Origin: a virus
Taxonomy: Duplodnaviria; Heunggongvirae; Uroviricota; Caudoviricetes
Direction: 5' to 3' (one strand)
Virus record (IMG/VR): IMGVR_UViG_3300008262_000022
Length of the DNA stretch: 44,008 bases
Shown: piece after piece, positions 37,915-44,008 of the stretch
Position numbering within the stretch: the stretch's first letter is position 1
Layout: each line of letters opens with the position of its first letter
Notes under the pieces: generated by a model
Database searches by the model: none
Told to the model about the DNA's origin: nothing
The model's input: the letters and a program-made list of their open reading frames with translations, nothing else
Translations under genes and position numbers: made by a program

Positions 37915-38045
37915 TGGCTAAGGCAAAAGCATCACTTAAAGAATCACATAAAATTACTTTTGGTACTCGTAAAAAAGGTAAAGCAGCCAAAAGACGTAAT
38001 AAACACGATCACTCAGAAACTAACTACAGAGGGCAAGGACGATAA
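37914..38045 (+). CDS. Unannotated 43-aa basic peptide ending YRGQGR
   Basis: MAKAKASLKESHKITFGTRKKGKAAKRRNKHDHSETNYRGQGR; TAATG-coupled at both ends and fills the gap exactly. Confidence 0.75.
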   Translation: MAKAKASLKESHKITFGTRKKGKAAKRRNKHDHSETNYRGQGR

Positions 38046-38431
38046 TGAATATATCATACACTCCTGAAAAAATAGATGAATTTGTAACATTTGCTGAAAA
38101 AGAAAAATCATCCGCTATAAATGTATTTAAAGCAATACGTTCTAAAATACATGACATTAGTATACAGAATGCTATTGAATCTCCGGATGAATTAAATTCT
38201 TTATTAGATAAAATAAAACAAACTCGATCATTTCTTGATACTAAAGCTCAAAAGTATTATAATGTAGTAAAAATGTATGATATAACTGATTACCCGGATA
38301 ACGTAAGTAAATTAGATAACCTAACTACTGATTTAGATAACATAAATGATGATCTATATTTATTAGAAGATACTTTAGACAACATTGTAGAAGCAGTAAA
38401 AAAGTTAAAAGGCCAGTATTTTACTAAATAA
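38045..38431 (+). CDS. Hypothetical helical protein
   Basis: 128-aa ORF, TAATG-coupled. Confidence 0.5.
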   Translation: MNISYTPEKIDEFVTFAEKEKSSAINVFKAIRSKIHDISIQNAIESPDELNSLLDKIKQTRSFLDTKAQKYYNVVKMYDITDYPDNVSKLDNLTTDLDNINDDLYLLEDTLDNIVEAVKKLKGQYFTK

Positions 38432-38449
38432 AACATAATATTTATACAC

Positions 38450-39751
38450 ATGAAAAGTATAAAACAACAATACATAGATTTAAAAGAAGGTAGAATGAAC
38501 CAAGCGCAATTTATGCGTAATGTTCGTATGTCTTTACCTCAATATGTTACTAATGTAACGTCATTTAATGATACTATTAAAATATTAAAAAATAAAGCTA
38601 TCTTAACTGAAGCCGATATCTACGGTATTGCTGGTGATCCTGAAGCAGAAGCAGAAAGAAAAGCAGCAGGTATGGGTATCAAACCAGAACAAACACCTGA
38701 AGAAAAATATGGTGTTAATCAAAAGATAGACCAATCAGAACTTAATTTCTTAAAGAAAATATACGCTAAAAATCCAACTGATAAAATCAAACAAATGATT
38801 GATGATTTGGAGAATAGAATGAGATTAAATGAAGCCTATACTACTAACACTAGCGGTAAAGAATTATATTCGAAATTCGCAGAAATAGACAATTTAAACG
38901 GTCAAGAAGTATTAATCGGTATAGATTATGAAATCGAAAAAAATAGCGATTTAACCAAAAAAGAAGCCGCAAAAATTGTAGTTAAAAACCTAAAGAAAAA
39001 CCCTTTTTATTATACTGACTCATTACTTGCTGGTGTAGAAGGAGCTAAAGCCGAATACATGAATAAGTTTAAACCTGGATCAGATCAAATGAAAGATGTT
39101 AAAGGTGGTGATTTAGTAGATAAAGCTAATGCGATGATTTCACCTAAAAATATTGAAAAAGCTAAAGCATCTGCTAATAAAGCTAATAAAGAAACCAATA
39201 AACCAGAAGCAGGCATTAAAATGATGTCATTAGTAGCTAAAACTGTTCGTGGTGTTAAAAAAATGGATCCTACTGGTGAAAAAATGAAAAAACTAAATTT
39301 AAAAGAGTCACCAGAAGATAAAATAGGTAAAATAGTAGACCAAATTTACTCAGAATTACAATCTATGGGAACTTACGATTCAAATGATAAAGCTAATTTA
39401 ATAAATAAATATAATTTATCTAATGATGAAAAAGAAGAAATAGAATTTCGTTTATTTGATATGGATGCTGATGAAAGATACATGGATGATACCGAAGATA
39501 TAGATGAAGGATCTACACTACCTGGTGGTGATAATATGACTGACGTAGCAGGTCATCAAATGGATGAAGCTAAAGCAAGCTCATTATCAGTAGGTGATAA
39601 ATTTAAAATATCAGCTAATTTAGGTAAATTTGTAAAAGACGAAGAAGTAGAAGTAATTTCTTTGGAGCCGTTCGGAAATGATATTAAATTAGTATTATCA
39701 AATGGTAAAGATGAAGATGATTTTTACTTAGACAGAAATGACGAAATATAA
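38450..39751 (+). CDS. Multi-module putative prohead core/internal protein
   Basis: Modules separated by 'ILTE', 'RLNE', 'NLKE', 'IDE', 'MDE'; includes 'IGIDYEIEK...KNPFYYT'; TATTTATA at 38439-38446. Confidence 0.55.
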   Translation: MKSIKQQYIDLKEGRMNQAQFMRNVRMSLPQYVTNVTSFNDTIKILKNKAILTEADIYGIAGDPEAEAERKAAGMGIKPEQTPEEKYGVNQKIDQSELNFLKKIYAKNPTDKIKQMIDDLENRMRLNEAYTTNTSGKELYSKFAEIDNLNGQEVLIGIDYEIEKNSDLTKKEAAKIVVKNLKKNPFYYTDSLLAGVEGAKAEYMNKFKPGSDQMKDVKGGDLVDKANAMISPKNIEKAKASANKANKETNKPEAGIKMMSLVAKTVRGVKKMDPTGEKMKKLNLKESPEDKIGKIVDQIYSELQSMGTYDSNDKANLINKYNLSNDEKEEIEFRLFDMDADERYMDDTEDIDEGSTLPGGDNMTDVAGHQMDEAKASSLSVGDKFKISANLGKFVKDEEVEVISLEPFGNDIKLVLSNGKDEDDFYLDRNDEI

Positions 39752-39753
39752 TT

Positions 39754-40374
39754 ATGAGTAAGCAATTATTAGTAGATCATATTCCCTTTCATATAGCTAA
39801 GCTACAGCCTATTACTGAAGGAAAAGACAGTAAATTGGGTGATGGGTTGATGCGTGTTAAAGGTAAATTACAGGAAGCTGGTGTTAAAAATGGCAACGGT
39901 CGTGTGTATCCTATAAATGTATTAAAAGAGCAAATAGATAAATACATAGAAGGACCGTTAAAAACTAGAACATCAACCGGTGAGTTAGATCACCCTGAAT
40001 CATCTATTATTAACTTAAGTAACGTATCACATCTCATTACTAAGATCTGGTGGGAAGGTAATAATGTAATGGGTGAATTAACATTACTTAATACTCCATC
40101 TGGTAAAATTGCTCAAGAAATTATTAAAGCTAATATTCCTTTAGGTATATCATCTAGAGGTATGGGTAGTGTAAAACAGATAGGTGAAACAGTGGAAGTA
40201 CAAGACGACTTTGAATTACTTTGCTGGGACTTAGTTTCAGTACCGTCAACACCCAATGCTTATATGACATTGTCAGAAGGAAAACAATATAAATCAAGTA
40301 AAGATTATAGTAAAGTAAACGAATTAATAACAGAGATTATATGTACTCAAACCGGAGTATGTGCTCTATGTTAA
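39754..40374 (+). CDS. gp21: Prohead core protease, T4 gp21-like
   Basis: 'NGNGRVYP', 'GELDHP', 'GISSRGMGS', 'WDLVSVPS'. Confidence 0.92.
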   Translation: MSKQLLVDHIPFHIAKLQPITEGKDSKLGDGLMRVKGKLQEAGVKNGNGRVYPINVLKEQIDKYIEGPLKTRTSTGELDHPESSIINLSNVSHLITKIWWEGNNVMGELTLLNTPSGKIAQEIIKANIPLGISSRGMGSVKQIGETVEVQDDFELLCWDLVSVPSTPNAYMTLSEGKQYKSSKDYSKVNELITEIICTQTGVCALC

Positions 40375-40410
40375 AATATTAACCCCTCTATCAATAGTAT
40401 TGTTAGACCG

Positions 40411-40443
40411 ATGCCTCCCCTAAAAAAGGAGGCATTTATTTTT
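40411..40443 (+). terminator. Rho-independent terminator after the protease gene
   Basis: ATGCCTCC-(9 nt)-GGAGGCAT followed by TTATTTTT. Confidence 0.7.
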
Positions 40444-40484
40444 GCGTTTTTGGCTATTTACATATATGTATATCTGACCATAAT

Positions 40485-40584
40485 GAGCTACCACATATTC
40501 TACATTGTAGCTCGGTATTTTAAACAAAATTCTATTAAGATTCCTAATAATCTTATTTCCAAAAACAAATTTAAGGAGAAAAAA
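40485..40584 (+). promoter_or_regulatory. Structured 5' leader with AAGGAG Shine-Dalgarno for the scaffold-MCP operon
   Basis: Hairpins GAGCTAC/GTAGCTC (40485-40513) and TAAGATT/AATCTTA (40536-40555); AAGGAG at 40573-40578, 6 nt before the ATG. Confidence 0.5.
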
Positions 40585-41622
40585 ATGTCAAACAAAAAAT
40601 TATTCCAAGAGGCTATCGTTGATGCTAAAGCTATCCGCGAAGCAGCGTTGTTAAACGCAAAAGAAGCCTTAGAAGAAGCCTTAACTCCAAGTATCCAAAA
40701 CATGTTAGTTGCAAAATTAAATGAAATGGATATGGATGATGAAAAGGTAGAAGAAGGTATGTATCCAGAAGATACAACAGATGAAATTCAAGATCGTTAC
40801 AGAGAAACAGGTGCTGCTCTTGAAGAAGAAGAATTCGATTTATCTGCTATTTTAGCTGAACTAGAAGCCGAAGAAATGGAAGAAGGTTTAAACGAAGCTA
40901 AAAAAGAAGAAAAAGAGGAAGAAGAAGGCGAAGAAGAAACTGAAGAAGAAGAAACTGAAGAAGAAGAAACTGAAGAAGAAGAAGTAGACGTTAAAGATAT
41001 GTCTATTGAAGATCTTAAAGACTTAATCAAAGACATCGTTAGCCAAGAATTAGAAGCCGAAGAAATGGAAACACCTGCTGATGAAGAAGCTGAAATGGAC
41101 ATGGATATGGACATGGGTACTGAAATGGGCGGTGAAGAAATGGAAATGGCTGATGATGAAGAAATCGATCTTGAAGAACTTTTAGCTGAATTAGATTCAA
41201 TGGATAAAACTGATGAATTAGAAGAAGCTAAGAAAAAAGTTATGAAAAAAGAGAAAGAAGAAGAGAAAAAAGAAATGAAAGAAGCTATTAATGTAATTAA
41301 TACACTTCGCAAAGAGTTAAATGAAGTTAATTTATTAAATGCTAAGTTACTTTATGTTAACAAAATTTTCAAATCTAAAAACTTATCTGAATCTCAAAAA
41401 TTAAACGTGATTGCTTCATTCGATAAAGCAACTACACCTAAAGAAGCTAAGATGGTTTACGAATCATTAGAAGCTACTTTAAATACGGTTAAAAAGAAAT
41501 CACCTATTAAAGAATCTTTAGGATTTGCTTCAAAAGCAGCAGGAATTGCTCCTAAGAAACAAATTGTAGAATCAAATGATGTTATTTCACGTATGCAAAA
41601 ATTAGCAAACATTATTAAGTAA
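40585..41622 (+). CDS. Prohead scaffolding protein (gp22-like)
   Basis: Highly acidic coiled coil between protease and MCP; start moved to ATG 40585 (MSNKKLFQE); ends 'RMQKLANIIK'. Confidence 0.85.
   Translation: MSNKKLFQEAIVDAKAIREAALLNAKEALEEALTPSIQNMLVAKLNEMDMDDEKVEEGMYPEDTTDEIQDRYRETGAALEEEEFDLSAILAELEAEEMEEGLNEAKKEEKEEEEGEEETEEEETEEEETEEEEVDVKDMSIEDLKDLIKDIVSQELEAEEMETPADEEAEMDMDMDMGTEMGGEEMEMADDEEIDLEELLAELDSMDKTDELEEAKKKVMKKEKEEEKKEMKEAINVINTLRKELNEVNLLNAKLLYVNKIFKSKNLSESQKLNVIASFDKATTPKEAKMVYESLEATLNTVKKKSPIKESLGFASKAAGIAPKKQIVESNDVISRMQKLANIIK
40930..40983 (+). repeat. In-frame 15-bp tandem repeat GAAGAAGAAACTGAA x3.6 (EEETE)
   Basis: Exact units at 40930, 40945 and 40960, plus a partial unit. 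Confidence 0.85.
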
Positions 41623-41647
41623 TTAACAAATTAATTTTAAACAAAAA

Positions 41648-43252
41648 ATGAACATTCAACAATTATTAGAATCATCAAACCAATTTAAATCGGTTCAAGA
41701 TGACGCAAAACGCCTTCAGAGTAAATGGGTAAAATCAGGCCTATTAGAAGGTTTAAAAGATGATAACAGCCGTAACACAATGGCTATGTTATTAGAAAAT
41801 CAAGCTAAGCAATTAGTAGTAGAAGCTTCTTCTACAGGTACTCAAGCAGCTGGTGCTGGTGCATACAATGGTGAGAGCTGGAATGGTGTAGCCCTTCCAT
41901 TAGTTCGCCGTGTATTCGGTGAGATTGCTGCAAAAGAATTCGTTAGTGTACAACCAATGAACTTACCTTCAGGTCTAGTATTCTATCTTGATTTCAAATA
42001 TGGTACTGGTGTAAGACCATTTACTAACGGTGGATCTTTATATGGTGCTAACGCAACTACAAACGTAACTGACATTGCTTCAGCTTCATTATATGGTGCT
42101 GGTAAATTCGGTTATTCAATCAACCAATTCTCAGCTTCTATCGCTGCTACAACTAGTTCAACTAGCTGGGCTACATTTAACTTAGATGCTGATTACTCAT
42201 CATCATTCCCTACTTACAAAGTAATTAACGTTCCTCTACCTACTGCTGCTGACCAAAATGGTGTACGTGCGTTTGTATTCACTTCAGGTTCAATTACCGC
42301 TGCTGATATTTTACAAACATATACTACTGTAGCTAACAACACAGCTTCATTCGTAGTAACTGGTTCATTAGTAACTAACGTAACTGGTGCTAGCGCTGGT
42401 ACTGTAACATTATTCTATAATGTACAACCTACAGCTACTTCACGTGGTGATTTCGAAGATGCTAGTGGTGCTGGTTACCCTAACGCTCAAAGTGCAACAT
42501 CAATCGCTATTCCAGAAATTAACGTTCAGTTAAAATCTGAAGCAATCGTTGCTAAAACACGTAAATTAAAAGCACAATGGACACCTGAATTCGCTCAAGA
42601 CTTAAACGCTTACCACTCAGTAGACGCTGAAGCTGAATTAACTGGTATCTTATCACAATACATTTCAATGGAAATTGATCTTGAATTGTTAGATATGTTA
42701 ATCGAGAATGCTTTCACAACTGAATACTGGTCAGCAGTTAATAACCAAGCAGTAGGTGCTTCAGGCGTAACTAACAACGCTTTAGGTTACTACAACACTC
42801 AAGGTGGTTGGTTCCAAACTTTAGGTACAAAATTACAAAAAGTATCTAACAAAATTCACCAATTAACATTACGTGGTGGCGCTAACTTCTTAGTTACTTC
42901 ACCTACAGTAGCAACTATCCTTGAATCAATCCCTGGATTTGCTTCAGATGGCGATGGCGAGAAAATGGAATACAACTTCGGTATCCAAAAGATCGGTAGC
43001 TTAAACAGCCGTTACAAAGTATACAAAAACCCATACATGACTGAAAACGTAATCTTAATGGGTTACAAAGGTGCTCAGTTCTTAGAGTGTGGTGCTGTAT
43101 TCGCTCCATATGTTCCTCTAATCATGACTCCATTATTGTACGATCCAAATACCTTCACTCCACGTAAAGGTTTAATGACTCGTTACGCTAAGAAAATGAT
43201 TCGTCCCGACTACTACGGAAAAGTATACGTAGCTGGTTTGAACACTATCTAA
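41648..43252 (+). CDS. gp23: Major capsid protein, T4 gp23-like
   Basis: 'LPLVRR', 'VSVQPMNLPSGLVFYLDFKY', 'AKTRKLKAQWTPEFAQDLNAYHSVDAEAELT', 'PYVPL', 'GLMTRY'. Confidence 0.96.
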   Translation: MNIQQLLESSNQFKSVQDDAKRLQSKWVKSGLLEGLKDDNSRNTMAMLLENQAKQLVVEASSTGTQAAGAGAYNGESWNGVALPLVRRVFGEIAAKEFVSVQPMNLPSGLVFYLDFKYGTGVRPFTNGGSLYGANATTNVTDIASASLYGAGKFGYSINQFSASIAATTSSTSWATFNLDADYSSSFPTYKVINVPLPTAADQNGVRAFVFTSGSITAADILQTYTTVANNTASFVVTGSLVTNVTGASAGTVTLFYNVQPTATSRGDFEDASGAGYPNAQSATSIAIPEINVQLKSEAIVAKTRKLKAQWTPEFAQDLNAYHSVDAEAELTGILSQYISMEIDLELLDMLIENAFTTEYWSAVNNQAVGASGVTNNALGYYNTQGGWFQTLGTKLQKVSNKIHQLTLRGGANFLVTSPTVATILESIPGFASDGDGEKMEYNFGIQKIGSLNSRYKVYKNPYMTENVILMGYKGAQFLECGAVFAPYVPLIMTPLLYDPNTFTPRKGLMTRYAKKMIRPDYYGKVYVAGLNTI

Positions 43253-43274
43253 TCTACTAACCTAGAAATATAAG

Positions 43275-43301
43275 AAAGCCGAGCAATGCTCGGCTTTTTT
43301 T
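43275..43301 (+). terminator. Rho-independent terminator after MCP
   Basis: AAAGCCGAGC-aat-GCTCGGCTTT followed by a T-run. Confidence 0.85.
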
Positions 43302-43329
43302 GTTATATTTATTAGTAAACATAGTTATT

Positions 43330-43998
43330 ATGAAAGAACCAAACCGCGAAAGAAAGAGCGACATTAAAGCTATTAATGCCGTTCAATTAAATGAAGAACA
43401 AAAAGAAGCTAAACGTTTAATTATTGAAAATCAAATTGTAATAGTAACAGGTAGAGCAGGTTCAGGTAAGAGTTTGGTGTGTGCTAATGCAGCGTTAGAT
43501 TTTTTAAAGAAAAAACAAATCAATTGTATTTACAACACTAGAGCCGCAATTGAAGTAGGTAAATCATTAGGTTATTTACCAGGTGAATTAAACCAAAAAT
43601 TCGATCCTTATATGGAAGCGTTAGTTGAAAACTTAAATAAATGCTGTACTGACAAAACAGAAATCCCTAAATTAATTGAATTAGGAAAAGTAAAAGCAAT
43701 GCCCGTCCAGTTCATTCGTGGTAAAACAGTAGATGACATTTTGATTGTAGAGGAGGCTCAAAATCTAACTAAAGGTGAAATGTTAGCTATATTAACGCGT
43801 TTAGGTAAAACAGGTAAAATTGTCATTAATGGTGATAATGAACAAACTGATATCAAAACACCAGATGGTCAGATGAACGGTTTAACGTATGTTATTGAGC
43901 TATCTAAAAAAATAGAGGAAATTAAATGGATTAAGTTAAAAGAGAACCACCGTTCTGATTTAGTTGGTAAGATATTAGAATATGAATACGGAAAATAA
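43330..43998 (+). CDS. phoH: PhoH family P-loop ATPase
   Basis: 'GRAGSGKS', 'LGYLPG', 'FIRG', 'VEEAQN', 'GDNEQTD', 'HRS'; start moved to ATG 43330. Confidence 0.92.
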   Translation: MKEPNRERKSDIKAINAVQLNEEQKEAKRLIIENQIVIVTGRAGSGKSLVCANAALDFLKKKQINCIYNTRAAIEVGKSLGYLPGELNQKFDPYMEALVENLNKCCTDKTEIPKLIELGKVKAMPVQFIRGKTVDDILIVEEAQNLTKGEMLAILTRLGKTGKIVINGDNEQTDIKTPDGQMNGLTYVIELSKKIEEIKWIKLKENHRSDLVGKILEYEYGK

Positions 43999-44008
43999 TA
44001 TTACTTAA

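Larger units (their letters stand above)
1490..43313 (+). promoter_or_regulatory. Recurrent intergenic TATTTAT(A/T/G) motif, putative late promoter (about 18 copies; span of first to last given)
   Basis: Copies start at 1490, 4797, 5479, 10700, 16170, 18485, 18743, 22455, 24634, 26118, 26399, 30814, 32479, 34100, 34112, 36028, 38439 and 43306, each a short distance upstream of a start codon. Confidence 0.75.

Noticed and set aside
40411-40584. 58-aa N-terminal extension of the scaffold ORF
   Set aside because: It runs through a terminator and leader hairpins; ATG 40585 has an SD and gives a scaffold-like start.
7525-43109. All minus-strand ORFs in the track (e.g. 7525..7800, 13518..13745, 18025..18435, 18864..19163, 19308..19724, 24524..24856, 31199..31423, 40797..41312, 42915..43109)
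   Set aside because: They lie antisense to well-supported + strand genes and have the Ser/Phe/Leu/Ile-rich composition expected from mirroring Glu/Lys-rich sense codons; no motifs.
1-44008. Stop-codon reassignment (TAG or TGA read as sense)
   Set aside because: Conserved genes (TerL, portal, protease, MCP, primase) are full length in the standard code, and TAG and TGA both occur as true gene ends (16167, 29732, 28039, 31778).
1-44008. tRNA genes, CRISPR array or phage-encoded bS21
   Set aside because: Intergenic gaps are short and were read by eye: no cloverleaf/T-loop, no repeat-spacer pattern, and no small ORF resembling bS21 inside this window.

Overview
A 44-kb, strongly AT-rich, single-strand-coded (+) segment of a large T4-like myovirus, most likely infecting Bacteroidota (Bacteroidota-type TTTG-N19/20-TAnnTTTn promoters, SD-less A-rich ribosome-binding regions, a lipoprotein with a Bacteroidota-like export signal). 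From left to right it holds a baseplate module (gp5-like tail end, gp25-like, gp6-like, large wedge and tail-collar-like proteins) interrupted by a lipoprotein and an L,D-peptidase-like putative endolysin; a minimal kinase, GIY-YIG nuclease, primase and PD-(D/E)xK nuclease; a ~16-kb array of mostly unannotatable proteins; then the head module (TerL, portal, prohead protease, scaffold, major capsid protein) and phoH. Best signals, all read by eye: (1) a putative capsid-cargo system, in which about 20 proteins share an N-terminal 'L..LIKE../L-x-E' leader or the scaffold's 'RMQKLANI' peptide, several appear to be polyproteins of modules joined by repeated [LIV]-x-E linkers that the gp21-like protease could cut, and most sit behind their own TATTTATA motif (reverse complement of the T4 late promoter); (2) an FAD-dependent oxidoreductase split into two ORFs by an insert carrying a cargo gene, an unannotated 47-aa ORF and a GIY-YIG homing endonuclease; (3) a pseudoknot/antiterminator-like RNA just upstream of it; (4) a structured leader with the only strong Shine-Dalgarno I found, in front of scaffold-MCP. 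No tRNA, CRISPR array, intein or genetic-code change was seen. No database searches were run, so family names are motif-based recognitions.
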